Positions 50,194-60,587 of a stretch of DNA of 64,000 nucleotides are shown piece after piece. The translations under genes and the position numbers were made by a program. Source of the stretch: Candidatus Enterousia sp. (lineage in GTDB: Bacteria; Pseudomonadota; Alphaproteobacteria; Rs-D84); assembly GCA_045546075.1 (NCBI GenBank), contig JAZQCF010000004.1, forward strand, positions 104,661 through 168,660, in the 5' to 3' direction. The first letter of the stretch is position 1. The number at the start of each line of letters is the position of its first letter. The notes under the pieces were generated by a model that was given only the letters and a program-made list of their open reading frames with translations, had not been told where the DNA came from and did no database searches.

Positions 50194-51282
50194 CTATGCA
50201 AATTTTAACAACATCAATGCCAGTCCCGAAAACAGAATCGACATCACGAAAAACCTGTCTACAATTTTGGTTTCGTCCCAACCCAATTCTTCAAAATGGT
50301 GATGCAATGGGGCACGCAAAAACACGCGACGGCCCGTTCCCGATATGCGCCGCGTAATTTTGAAAAACATTGTTTGAATAAACGAAGACAACAATATCAA
50401 AACCATCATCGCCGCCGCAATTCCCATAACAACCTCTGATTTCAACAGCATCGCGACCGTTCCCATAAATCCACCCAGCGCAAGCGAACCAACATCGCCC
50501 ATAAATATCGCGGCCGGGCGCGCATTAAACCATAAAAACCCAAGGACCGCACCAAACGCCGCGCCCAATACTGCATACAGGCCACTGGTCGCCGGCATAA
50601 ACAAAACCGTGTCCATAAACCCAATGCGCGTTGCACCATACAGTGCGACAACCAATACTATCAACACCGGCATATATAATTTTGCCAGCATCCCATCCAG
50701 GCCGTCTGTGATATTTGTTGCGTTCGCGCCACCGCATATAACAAAATACGCAAATACATAATAAAAAATACCCAATGAAAATATTATTCCAAATGGCAAC
50801 GCCAACGAATATTCCGGCACATATGATGGCATAGTCTTGTTTATCAAATACGCCAAGATTACAACAAACACGCCCTCAACAATCAAACGGGTCAGTGGCG
50901 ACAGGCCGTTCGATGCCTTTTTGGACCCGCTTGTCACCTTTTTGTAATCATCAACGAATCCCAATGCGCCGAACATCACAAGGGACATCAACGCAATCCA
51001 ACCGGTCAAACTGGTCATCGGCATAAACGCAATCGCGCCAATCAAAATCGCAAGAATCACCAATATACCACCCATTGTTGGTGTGCCCGCCTTTTTGCGA
51101 TGTGATTCGGGAACATTTTCACTGATTGGTTGGCCCTTTTTCTGCCACGCGTGCATCGCACGAATAAAGGCGCGCCCAAACAGTATCATTATCAAAAATG
51201 CCGTGCCAAACGCCGCACCAAACTGGGTCCAACCACCAAAAAACAATCCATAACCGTGTGATAATAAATAATCCGTAAGCAT
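50194..51282 (-). CDS. mraY: Phospho-MurNAc-pentapeptide transferase
   Basis: KAGTPTMGG, GFVDDY, NITDGLDG, FMGDVGS, APLHHHFE. Confidence 0.97.
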   Translation of the reverse strand: MLTDYLLSHGYGLFFGGWTQFGAAFGTAFLIMILFGRAFIRAMHAWQKKGQPISENVPESHRKKAGTPTMGGILVILAILIGAIAFMPMTSLTGWIALMSLVMFGALGFVDDYKKVTSGSKKASNGLSPLTRLIVEGVFVVILAYLINKTMPSYVPEYSLALPFGIIFSLGIFYYVFAYFVICGGANATNITDGLDGMLAKLYMPVLIVLVVALYGATRIGFMDTVLFMPATSGLYAVLGAAFGAVLGFLWFNARPAAIFMGDVGSLALGGFMGTVAMLLKSEVVMGIAAAMMVLILLSSFIQTMFFKITRRISGTGRRVFLRAPLHHHFEELGWDETKIVDRFFVMSILFSGLALMLLKFA

Positions 51283-51348
51283 AAATTCTCCTTTTATGCT
51301 TTTATTCTATCACAAACATTACAATAATAAAATCTTATTTGAAAAAAT

Positions 51349-51639
51349 TTATTTACATTCAATCGGTTCGTCATCACCAACAAACAATGTCCAATCACGC
51401 CCCTTGTTCCACAGGGTGATTTCTGTATCGTTCAGGTTGGCAACATAACGCGCCCCATCCGCCGATGGTGCGATATTCATTTCCACCACGTCCCCATTTA
51501 TGTCCGCGGTCAATGTATCGCCATTTTCACTTGTAGTAATTTCAACCGTGTATTTATCACATACATAGACATTATCGTCCGCCTTGTCACACGCCGCCAA
51601 TGCCAACAAACCAACAAAACCATAGCAAATTTTCTTCAT
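51349..51639 (-). CDS. MliC/PliC-like lysozyme inhibitor lipoprotein
   Basis: Lipobox LAAC, Y.C, SADGARY, W.KG, terminal C. Confidence 0.8.
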   Translation of the reverse strand: MKKICYGFVGLLALAACDKADDNVYVCDKYTVEITTSENGDTLTADINGDVVEMNIAPSADGARYVANLNDTEITLWNKGRDWTLFVGDDEPIECK

Positions 51640-51662
51640 ATTTTTCTCCTTTTGAATAAGCC

Positions 51663-53705
51663 CTAGAACACACCGCCGACAACCGCACTGGATTGTTCGG
51701 TGCCACCCGAATATGTAACCGGATTTGGACGTTGACCGGGCTTAAATGCCTCGGTTACGATTGTGCCGGTTGGGTCTTCGGTGGCCGATGCACCACTGCG
51801 ACGATTCACCCGCACAAAGTTTAACCCATCGGGCACAGAAAACGGTTGATTCTTTTCGTTTTCCAATGCAACCGTCATAAAATCTGCAAATGCACGCGCG
51901 GCCATATGGCTGCCTGCACCTTTGCCCAGTGGTTTTGGTGTGTCATATCCCAAATACACACCCGCAATCAGGTTTTTTGTGAACCCAACAAACCAAACAT
52001 CTTTGACATCGTTTGTGGTCCCGGTTTTACCGGCAATGGTGTGTCCCGGGATTGCGGCCTGGCGACCGGTACCACGGTCAACGACACCCTGTAATATCGA
52101 CACCAACTGATACAAACTCTGTGGATCAGACAAAGGTTCACCATCGGTAACATCTTCCACCGGTTCCATATCCGGCGACCATTCCAAAATCTGTTTTTTT
52201 TCGCCGCCGATAACATTGCCATAGCGATCTTCGATATAATCAACCAATTTTGGTTCTATCCTGCGCCCGCCATTTACAAACGCCGAATATCCCAAGACCA
52301 AATTTTCCAATGTCGTTTCACCGGAACCCAACGCAAAAGACAAATTCATATTCCCCATATCCGCCGGATATACACCAAAGCGTTGTGCAACCTCTATCGC
52401 ATTTTCAACACCGATTTTTTCAACCATACGAACACTGGGGACGTTGCGCGATGTTTCCAGTGCGAAACGCAATGGCACATCACCCAAAAATTTCTTGTCA
52501 TAATTTTCGGGTTTCCATTGCATATTGTTTTCACGCCACCCAACAATCGGGGTATCCGATATCAGGTATTCCGGCGAAATATCGCGTTCCAACGCGGCCA
52601 AATATACAAACGGCTTAATCGTACTGCCAATCTGGCGATATGCCTGGGTTGCGCGATTAAAAGAACTTTCCGCGAACGAACGCCCACCCGCCATTGCCAA
52701 GACACGGCCCGTGTGCGGATTCATAACGATAATCGCGCCCTGTAATTTTTCGGTTCGGCCCGCATTATATGCATCCAATGCTTTGTTCAATGCCGCAGAT
52801 GCCGCGCGTTGATACGTTGGATTGATTGTTGTTTTAATGTATAAACCCTGGTTATACAATGTTTCGCGCCCCAGTTTATCCAATAATTGCCGGCGAACAT
52901 CTTCGGCAAAGTATTGAAAATCATCTTCCATTTGGGCGGTAAAGCCACTGTTGATATTTAACGGTTCGGCCGCGGCAGCATCCGCATCGGCGCGCGTAAT
53001 ATAACCTTCGTCCACCATACGGCGCAGGACATAATTCCGGCGTTCTTCGGCACGCGCCCGGTCATTTGGTGCCTTGGGCAGGGATGCCAAAAACGCACAT
53101 TCCGATAACGATAATTGCGACACCGGTTTATTAAAATACATCAACGCCGCCGAACCAACACCATATGCGCGCGCACCCAAAAATATCTGGTTCAAATAAA
53201 GCGTCATTATATGTTTTTTCGAAAACGCACGTTCAAGGCGCAATGCCAAAATCGCCTCTTTTATTTTGCGCGACATTGTGCGGTCAGACGACAGAAAGAA
53301 ATTTTTTGCAACCTGTTGCGTGATGGTTGATGCGCCGGTAAATGTTTTATCAAAACCAAATGCGCGCATTGCATTGTTTATTGATGCACGCAAAATACCC
53401 TGGACATCAATGCCCGGATGAGTCCAGAAATTTTGGTCTTCGGCGGCAACAAACGCATTTATTAATTGCGGCGGCATATCTTCAAAGTCAATAAACACAC
53501 GGCGTTCTTCGGCATATTCAATCAAGAGCGAACCGTCCGCCGCATACAGGCGTGTCGCAACCGGTGGCGCATAGGTTGCCAATTTACGATAATCCGGCAA
53601 ATTACCACCATAGATTAAAAACAGTGTTGCGGTTGCGGCAACCATTGCGACCACGCACCAAAATATAACGTGTAAAAAGATACGAAAAATTTTCTTGAAT
53701 TTCAT
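51663..53705 (-). CDS. mrcA: Penicillin-binding protein 1A
   Basis: Transglycosylase AEDQNF/GASTITQQ/RKIKE; transpeptidase STIK, SRN, KTG. Confidence 0.94.
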   Translation of the reverse strand: MKFKKIFRIFLHVIFWCVVAMVAATATLFLIYGGNLPDYRKLATYAPPVATRLYAADGSLLIEYAEERRVFIDFEDMPPQLINAFVAAEDQNFWTHPGIDVQGILRASINNAMRAFGFDKTFTGASTITQQVAKNFFLSSDRTMSRKIKEAILALRLERAFSKKHIMTLYLNQIFLGARAYGVGSAALMYFNKPVSQLSLSECAFLASLPKAPNDRARAEERRNYVLRRMVDEGYITRADADAAAAEPLNINSGFTAQMEDDFQYFAEDVRRQLLDKLGRETLYNQGLYIKTTINPTYQRAASAALNKALDAYNAGRTEKLQGAIIVMNPHTGRVLAMAGGRSFAESSFNRATQAYRQIGSTIKPFVYLAALERDISPEYLISDTPIVGWRENNMQWKPENYDKKFLGDVPLRFALETSRNVPSVRMVEKIGVENAIEVAQRFGVYPADMGNMNLSFALGSGETTLENLVLGYSAFVNGGRRIEPKLVDYIEDRYGNVIGGEKKQILEWSPDMEPVEDVTDGEPLSDPQSLYQLVSILQGVVDRGTGRQAAIPGHTIAGKTGTTNDVKDVWFVGFTKNLIAGVYLGYDTPKPLGKGAGSHMAARAFADFMTVALENEKNQPFSVPDGLNFVRVNRRSGASATEDPTGTIVTEAFKPGQRPNPVTYSGGTEQSSAVVGGVF

Positions 53706-53799
53706 AAAAATGATTTTAAGACAAAAACTTTTCATTTGCAAGTGCGATATGAAGTTGTTAAACTAAAATTCGAAAGGAATATTTTACGGAGAGGCAAAT

Positions 53800-55011
53800 A
53801 TGAAAAAAATTTTCATTATCATTTGTGGAATTTTGGTTATGGGCGATGCGTTCGCGCATCCAAGTCATTATCAAGAGCCCAAAGAAGTTTTTTATGTTCC
53901 CAACAACCAAGATAGTTGGAAAGCATACAACGATGGCGAATATAATAAACCACTTGATAATTCGCTTTATACTAATTTAAGCACCCAGATGAACAAAGTT
54001 TCTGCAAACAACCACGGCACACACGGTGATGAGGCGGCGGTGGTATTAATTATGGCGCGTGATATTTATACCAATGGAAACGGCGGATATTTCTGTATGA
54101 CCCAGGTCCAGGCCGCCAATCAAAACGGTCGCAGTTATACATGGATAGATTATTATGATTATCCGGGAAAATATAAATGTGAACCGCTCTGCCGCAAGGG
54201 ATTTTGGGGAACAAATTGTGAGCAGACCGGCAAACCGACCAGTTGCCATACAGATAAACTGGATTTTGGCGATTATGCCCTTAAATCCAGTGGAGAATGG
54301 AACAACCAAATAACCAGCACGACAGATGTGTTTGTTGAAGACAATACCAAAAAAGATTCTTCCACAACAACCGCGGATCATAGAATCTTGGTTGTAACAA
54401 AAAAAATGGACCACGGTGTTATTGTATCACCCGTTGAAGTTACAGCCGAACGTTATCAATCGGGTACAGGCAATGGGAAATACAGTTGGATAAAATCTGT
54501 AAATTCAAATGGGCAAGAATTCTTGCTTTGTGCCCAGGGATATGAACCAAATGCCAGTGGTACAGATTGTCAAGAACCGTCTTGGTGCAGACAACAACAA
54601 GACTTTGATAAATTATGTCCTGAATTCAGCACAAGCGACTATAAAAGCGAACAACATAAAATAGTCAATGATGCAACCAGGGGATGCAATGTGATTAGAT
54701 GCGATTATGAAAATTATGGATTCAAAACGAAAAACGATTTGGACTGTATGGAATGTCAGGGTGGTGCGTTGGCATATGTTGATGCGGATGGACTGTGTAA
54801 CGAATGCCCAAAAGGCCAATACCCAAATGACTCAAGGACCGGGTGTCTGGACAAAAACAAACTTGACCAATATTCCAAGGTTGATATGCAATCCAAAAAC
54901 GGGCGGCAATGTTGGTTGGAAACTACGACCGAAAGGTTTGCAGGTTGTGTCAACGGTTGCAGTGGCAGTACAGAATGTTGGAAAGACGGAAAGTGCGCGG
55001 TATGCGATTAA
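53800..55011 (+). CDS. Secreted Cys-rich protein (403 aa)
   Basis: Signal peptide; EGF/TNFR-like spacing CRKGFWG.NC, C.ECPKGQY.....C. Confidence 0.75.
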   Translation: MKKIFIIICGILVMGDAFAHPSHYQEPKEVFYVPNNQDSWKAYNDGEYNKPLDNSLYTNLSTQMNKVSANNHGTHGDEAAVVLIMARDIYTNGNGGYFCMTQVQAANQNGRSYTWIDYYDYPGKYKCEPLCRKGFWGTNCEQTGKPTSCHTDKLDFGDYALKSSGEWNNQITSTTDVFVEDNTKKDSSTTTADHRILVVTKKMDHGVIVSPVEVTAERYQSGTGNGKYSWIKSVNSNGQEFLLCAQGYEPNASGTDCQEPSWCRQQQDFDKLCPEFSTSDYKSEQHKIVNDATRGCNVIRCDYENYGFKTKNDLDCMECQGGALAYVDADGLCNECPKGQYPNDSRTGCLDKNKLDQYSKVDMQSKNGRQCWLETTTERFAGCVNGCSGSTECWKDGKCAVCD

Positions 55012-55016
55012 AAACG

Positions 55017-55047
55017 AAAACACCGACAGATGTCGGTGTTTTTTTTT
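55017..55047. terminator. Bidirectional intrinsic terminator
   Basis: AAAACACCGACA-ga-TGTCGGTGTTTT + T run. Confidence 0.85.
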
Positions 55048-55054
55048 ACTGGCC

Positions 55055-55107
55055 ACTTACACCCGTCGCGGTCGCGGGACCAACGGTGCCGGGACGGACT
55101 AATCACT
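55055..55107. repeat. Heptamer-bounded dispersed hairpin element overlapping the suhB stop
   Basis: Reverse complement matches 7705-7758. Confidence 0.8.
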
Positions 55108-55806
55108 TATTTTATTGTTTGTGGCGATAACATCTGCGCCAATTTCAATTTTGCCGCCCGATTCGCGAACAATTAAATCACCCGCGGCGATTTCTGCGAA
55201 ATCCAGATTCGTTGACATAAACCCGTCAAATTTACCCGCGGCAACCCACGCCAAATCCATTGCCGGACACCCCGTTGTGCGAACATTACCCGCCCCCAAC
55301 GGATTCCCAACGATTCCATTATACGCAACCGTCATATCGGCCAAATCTTTGATATTGGAAACACGTATGCGTGCCGAATGAAACGCGGAATATGCGTACG
55401 CACCATTCCCAGATTCGGCATAGTATAAATATTCATCAATCGGCGAATAAATCAATGCGATTTTTGTTTCGTCCATTGAACGCAACGCCAAAGATATCGC
55501 AAAACGCGGATTTGCGCGAACAAAATTCGCCGCCCCCGACAGAGCCAAAACAAATTCATCGCGTCCATCACCCGCACGCGTCACATTTGGGGTCAGCAGC
55601 CCCGCCGATGGACGCACCAATGATAAATCAGATAAAATTTCTTCTTCGATACGGGCGGCGGCACGGTGCACAAAATCACGCGCCCCACGCAGGGATTGTT
55701 GCAGGTTTTCAACCTCGCCAAAATCGTGGCGCAGACCCGATGCGGTCCGTTGCAGTGCCATAAACATTTTGTTTAATTCCGGCGAACCCTTAATCAACAA
55801 ATCCAT
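55099..55806 (-). CDS. suhB: Inositol monophosphatase family SuhB homolog with degenerate active site
   Basis: LRHDFGEVENLQ..G..DFV (alphaproteobacterial SuhB N-terminus), DLAWVAAG.FDG, IAAG.LIV.E.GG; next to rpmE. Confidence 0.8.
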   Translation of the reverse strand: MDLLIKGSPELNKMFMALQRTASGLRHDFGEVENLQQSLRGARDFVHRAAARIEEEILSDLSLVRPSAGLLTPNVTRAGDGRDEFVLALSGAANFVRANPRFAISLALRSMDETKIALIYSPIDEYLYYAESGNGAYAYSAFHSARIRVSNIKDLADMTVAYNGIVGNPLGAGNVRTTGCPAMDLAWVAAGKFDGFMSTNLDFAEIAAGDLIVRESGGKIEIGADVIATNNKISD

Positions 55807-55833
55807 TATGCGCCCCCCAATATCCAGAACAGA

Positions 55834-56046
55834 TTAGAAACCGAAACCGGCAAATTTCTTTTTGAAATCCGCGGTACGACGGCCCTTTTCACCGGCGTTG
55901 GAACGTTGACCCGTCCATGCAGAATGGTTCAAATTGTCCGTGGACAAAACCAAATCTTTATTCACCGAAGAAAACATTTTAACCGTTTTCCCGTCGGTAC
56001 GTGTTACGTTAATTTCATAATAATCCGGATGAATACCCTTTTTCAT
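55834..56046 (-). CDS. rpmE: 50S ribosomal protein L31
   Basis: MKKGIHPDY, TDG, H.AWTG, F.KKF. Confidence 0.95.
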   Translation of the reverse strand: MKKGIHPDYYEINVTRTDGKTVKMFSSVNKDLVLSTDNLNHSAWTGQRSNAGEKGRRTADFKKKFAGFGF

Positions 56047-56127
56047 CACAAACCCCTTTTTAATTTTTTTGCCCGGGAATTATACAGGGTTTTTTTGGAA
56101 AATCAAGGTAATAATGATTTTTTCGTG

Positions 56128-56643
56128 TCAATATTGACCGATGCACCCCAGATACGCATTCCCGGTCGATTCCAATACCCGAACAAACCGATTCTTGTCG
56201 TGTCCGGTGAACAGCGCCAGTATCGTCCCCGCATCGGTTGCCAACATATCTGCCACAGTTGCGATTTCCGAACTCATTTTCTTGAAAAAGCCGCTGGTTG
56301 GATATATTTCTGCGGCAAACAACTGGTGCGTGGCGTGTTTTGGCGCATGGACCGCATTTGCGCTTTCGATAACCATTAACTGGCATTCCGGCGATATAAT
56401 CAATTTATCGGTTATAACACCGGCACCACCCAATAATTCACCCCACCAACCCGTGGAACCATAAAACACAGGATAATATATCACCGCGTTTGGATTTGCG
56501 TTAAAAATACCCGCGACATTCAAATCGCCGGTTATAACATCGGGCATTGCCCCAATCGTAGAATTTATTACCTTGCGTGCAGTCTGGTATTCAATATCAG
56601 ACTTCGTGCTGCGCGGCCAATAAAGAATCGGAAATCTACTCAT
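56128..56643 (-). CDS. Hypothetical protein (171 aa)
   Basis: Fills the gap between genes; no recognisable motif. Confidence 0.6.
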   Translation of the reverse strand: MSRFPILYWPRSTKSDIEYQTARKVINSTIGAMPDVITGDLNVAGIFNANPNAVIYYPVFYGSTGWWGELLGGAGVITDKLIISPECQLMVIESANAVHAPKHATHQLFAAEIYPTSGFFKKMSSEIATVADMLATDAGTILALFTGHDKNRFVRVLESTGNAYLGCIGQY

Positions 56644-56711
56644 TGCTAAGAATTATATCAGATTCGGTGCAAATAAAAAAGGGGTGCACAAAAAATAAAT
56701 GTCTTGATTTT

Positions 56712-58004
56712 TTATTTTTTTAATGTTTTCCACCATTTACCGGCCAATCCACGCATTGTGCTAAAGTCTTTTTTGGCGGTATTATAGAATTTGTCGGAAA
56801 TACTGACGTTGAACAATGTCTTAATCAGTGCCGGAATTGATGTCATAAACATCATAAAGAACGCCCCCAACAGTATTATGGTAATCAGCCCATCGTCCCG
56901 CAACATAAGGCCATCCATCAATATTTTCGAATCGTTTTCCGCGATTGCGGTCGCGATTCGCGACAGACCACCGATATTGCCAATAATCGCATCCAAAAAC
57001 ATTATGCCAAATATCAAAAACACTATCGTCATCGCAATGCCAACCGCACCCGATATAACATCGTCTATCATTTTGCGAATATTTCTGCCGCCGTTTAGGG
57101 CCGCGGCAATTTTCCAATCTTTGAACAGCCAGCCAATCAACATTAACGGCAACATTATGAAATCCAGGCTAAGCCCTATGAAAATTTCCAAGAAATACAA
57201 CGGTATCGGCAAAACCGCCATAAAATACAGGACCAATACCAACAGCCCCGCAAAAAACATCGGCACATTTGGAAATATTGGTATGCCCCACATAATCTTG
57301 TGCATATAATCATAGTTAAACGACATATTCAACATTGTCCAACCAACCGTCATTCCCAAACCCGTCACTTGATGCACATTTGCCAATTCACAGGCCAGTC
57401 CACTGCGCAACTTTACCGGGAACGCACCCGTCGACATATTGTTTGTGCGAACAGATTTTAATTCCCCATCGTCCATCAATGTTGTGGCAACCATACATTC
57501 GGCATATTTATCGGCATCACCCACAATATGATTCACCGACATCCCAATATTAAAGACCGGTTCAATTACAACGTTACTTATCAAACGCGGTAAAGGCAAA
57601 ACCAACAACGCACATATCACCGCCAATTTAATCATATGGGTCGTGAACTTAGACGATATTGACCAACCACTTTCGATTTTCGAATTTAAAAACCCCGATG
57701 CGATTGTCCATGTAAAATACACCGCCGTTAGCATCAATGCCATTGGAATTACCACGCGGCCAATTTCTGTGAACAATCGTGGCAAAATCGTTGACATTGT
57801 TGCCATAACCGCACTGAACATCTGGCACGTCCAACAGGAAGAAAAAAACTGTAACGCATCGTTCATATCAACCGGGGCAACACTGCGCCAAATTGAAAAA
57901 CCCGCGATTGTTACCGCACCGGCAATCAGCCATGGCCAAAATGCAGCCGCGGTTAATGGAAAGAACGATAAAAATACAATTAAAAATTTTTTTAACTTGC
58001 TCAT
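56712..58004 (-). CDS. VirB6/TrbL-like polytopic membrane protein
   Basis: N-terminal CWTC, multi-TM core, basic C-terminus; paralog of the adjacent four genes. Confidence 0.65.
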   Translation of the reverse strand: MSKLKKFLIVFLSFFPLTAAAFWPWLIAGAVTIAGFSIWRSVAPVDMNDALQFFSSCWTCQMFSAVMATMSTILPRLFTEIGRVVIPMALMLTAVYFTWTIASGFLNSKIESGWSISSKFTTHMIKLAVICALLVLPLPRLISNVVIEPVFNIGMSVNHIVGDADKYAECMVATTLMDDGELKSVRTNNMSTGAFPVKLRSGLACELANVHQVTGLGMTVGWTMLNMSFNYDYMHKIMWGIPIFPNVPMFFAGLLVLVLYFMAVLPIPLYFLEIFIGLSLDFIMLPLMLIGWLFKDWKIAAALNGGRNIRKMIDDVISGAVGIAMTIVFLIFGIMFLDAIIGNIGGLSRIATAIAENDSKILMDGLMLRDDGLITIILLGAFFMMFMTSIPALIKTLFNVSISDKFYNTAKKDFSTMRGLAGKWWKTLKK

Positions 58005-58065
58005 TTCACGTAATTATATCACAATCCTTTAATAAGTAATATAACAAATTACAAAATGTAGGATA

Positions 58066-59361
58066 ATGTTTTTTAGACGGGCATCTTTTGAAAACATTTT
58101 TCGGTGTTTATTTTTGCCGATGTTTATCATCGCGGTTGCTGCTGTGCCGGATACAGCATACGCGGCAAATTGGGCCGTTGTTGATAAATTAAATTTGGCA
58201 CCATTTGTGCCACATGTGTTGGACGCATTTATGACCGTGGCGCGCGGAACATATGAATACTTTGTTGGAAATGGAACCGGTATTATTTATATTTTAATTT
58301 GGACATTTTTGGCATTTTCAATTTTTCTGTATGCGGTATTGATGTGGTTTCCAAAACGTTGGGTTGAATTCTTTGGGTTTTCCGGCGGTGGCGAGATGTG
58401 GGACGGAAAAACATCGGGATTCGCAATGGCGGAAACGGTTTTGAAAAGTGCGATGCGCGCGATTATTGCGGCCACATTTTTGTTACAGGTAAAACCGGTG
58501 TATGTTACACAATGGTTGGTAAATCCGTTTTTGGAATTTGGCGCAATTTATACAAAATCTGTGATTGACACGGCGAACATAAACGGCACAAATGTTCCCG
58601 ACATAAAATGTCCACAAAGTGTGTTAAGCGGCGATTGGTTAAGCACGCGCAGTTGCGAATTTCTAATCCAGCCTATTTCCAAGGTATCAAACGCAAACAA
58701 CGTTATTATAAAACGCGGATTCGAATTTTTATCACGTGGACTACGCGGATTGCTGACACTGGTTCCGCACGGTGGACAAAACATAATGAACGTGATAACA
58801 GGCGTGTTATTGATATTCACTTTTGTTGGTTGCAATTTATTTATGGCACTGTTGATTATCCAGGGCATATTTGATTTCGGTATGGCATTGATACTGTACC
58901 CGTTTGGCGTGTTGGCGTGGGTTGCAAAACGCAGTGATAAATGGTTTGATATTTGGCCACCATTTAGTGAGATTATCAAGGCATTACAAAAATTAGTCAT
59001 CACGATGATTGCGTGTGCATTTATATTGATTATCAATATCGCGGTTGTGCGCGCACTGTTTCAATCCGGCGGAATTTACAATGTTGCCGCGGGCGGCACC
59101 GCAACCAGTAATTTAATGAACGGAACGGTAACGGCAACCGCGGTGAATTTTGGCGGACATTCATTAATATGGTTGTCGGCATTATTAACGTTCTTTTTGA
59201 TGAACGCAATTTTCGATATGACGCGCAAGAAATTAGAATCTTATGCATCGGGAATGGACGGATTGTATAAACAAACAAAATCTGATTTCAAGGCAACAAC
59301 AACATGGACAAAGAACGCATACACATCCATTAAAAAGGCAATAGGTTTAATCAAAAAATGA
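58066..59361 (+). CDS. VirB6/TrbL-like polytopic membrane protein
   Basis: Multi-TM; GIFDFGMALILYPF...W segment typical of VirB6 TM3-4. Confidence 0.65.
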   Translation: MFFRRASFENIFRCLFLPMFIIAVAAVPDTAYAANWAVVDKLNLAPFVPHVLDAFMTVARGTYEYFVGNGTGIIYILIWTFLAFSIFLYAVLMWFPKRWVEFFGFSGGGEMWDGKTSGFAMAETVLKSAMRAIIAATFLLQVKPVYVTQWLVNPFLEFGAIYTKSVIDTANINGTNVPDIKCPQSVLSGDWLSTRSCEFLIQPISKVSNANNVIIKRGFEFLSRGLRGLLTLVPHGGQNIMNVITGVLLIFTFVGCNLFMALLIIQGIFDFGMALILYPFGVLAWVAKRSDKWFDIWPPFSEIIKALQKLVITMIACAFILIINIAVVRALFQSGGIYNVAAGGTATSNLMNGTVTATAVNFGGHSLIWLSALLTFFLMNAIFDMTRKKLESYASGMDGLYKQTKSDFKATTTWTKNAYTSIKKAIGLIKK

Positions 59362-60587
59362 ACAACATCGCAAACAATTTTATCGAACACGTTGCACAAT
59401 GTTGGGGTTGTGATGTGTTTGATAATTTATTCCGCGTGGTATCAAACGCGGGTGCGGTGCTGTACACAAAAATTGCGAATATATGCTTTGCAATTTTTGC
59501 GGTGCTGTTTGTGTTCTATGTGATTTGGGCGGTTTGGAAAACACTGAACCCGAAAAAGCCGGACACAAGTGATAAATTCTATACAAAAAGTGTTGTGCGC
59601 GTTGTTATAAATTCTTTGTTTGCGCTGACACTGTTGGGGTTGGGGGTTGGGGTGCCACGCTTTGTAACACGCATAACGTTTGAACCGGTTGCAGATATAA
59701 CATTGATTTATACCCAATCTATATTAAAGACCACACCGGAATTTGTTGATGAACATGTGAAAAGCGCGCCACCACAAAAAATAAATGCCAATGGATTTTA
59801 TCGTCCTGAATTACGCGATACGATTGTGAACATTATGAAAACAACAATCGTTATGTTTCAATCGTATATGAAATTGGGCGTTGCGGTTATTGATAAATCA
59901 TTTACATGGCGCGAAATGCCAACCATTGGCGCAATATTCCGCCACATATTATATTTCTTTGTTGGGATATATTTATTCTGGGGTTTTCTAAAATTATTTT
60001 TACGATTCTGTTTTTACTTTGTCGATGTGATTATCAATATGGCAATGTTCGCATTTCTGTTTCCAATCGCGTTGATGATGATGTCTTTTCGTGGTGGCGA
60101 TATGCCCGAATGGATGTCATCACTTGGGAAAGGTTTGGGGACAAATCAATTAAAGAAAGTTATAAATTCTATTGTCGCGTTGGGTGCGGCGGTTATAACG
60201 TATGTTGTTGTTATGGTGATTATTGCGCGGTTCTTTACCGATTCCGGCACATCGGTTAACGAATTGATGACGGCGATTACATCGGGTTCGGTTTTTGAAT
60301 CTGATTTAAGTGATGATAATTTGGCATCAATTACATTGATTGGTATGATTGTTTTGGTGTATGTTTTGAATTATATCTATAAACAGGTTCCCAATGTGTC
60401 CAAAATGATACTGGATACGTTCGGCGTTAGTGAAGAAAATAAAATGAGCGAACAAATGGCGAACGATGCAGAAAAATTGGTGGGAATTATTACAGACGGA
60501 ATCAAAAACGTCGGTTCTAAAATACTGGGTGACGGCAAAGAATCGGGTGATAAAAAAACGGACGACAAAGGCGGCGATAAAAAATAA
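59358..60587 (+). CDS. VirB6/TrbL-like polytopic membrane protein
   Basis: CWGC, FYFVDVII......FPI..M; ATGA overlap with previous gene. Confidence 0.65.
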   Translation: MNNIANNFIEHVAQCWGCDVFDNLFRVVSNAGAVLYTKIANICFAIFAVLFVFYVIWAVWKTLNPKKPDTSDKFYTKSVVRVVINSLFALTLLGLGVGVPRFVTRITFEPVADITLIYTQSILKTTPEFVDEHVKSAPPQKINANGFYRPELRDTIVNIMKTTIVMFQSYMKLGVAVIDKSFTWREMPTIGAIFRHILYFFVGIYLFWGFLKLFLRFCFYFVDVIINMAMFAFLFPIALMMMSFRGGDMPEWMSSLGKGLGTNQLKKVINSIVALGAAVITYVVVMVIIARFFTDSGTSVNELMTAITSGSVFESDLSDDNLASITLIGMIVLVYVLNYIYKQVPNVSKMILDTFGVSEENKMSEQMANDAEKLVGIITDGIKNVGSKILGDGKESGDKKTDDKGGDKK

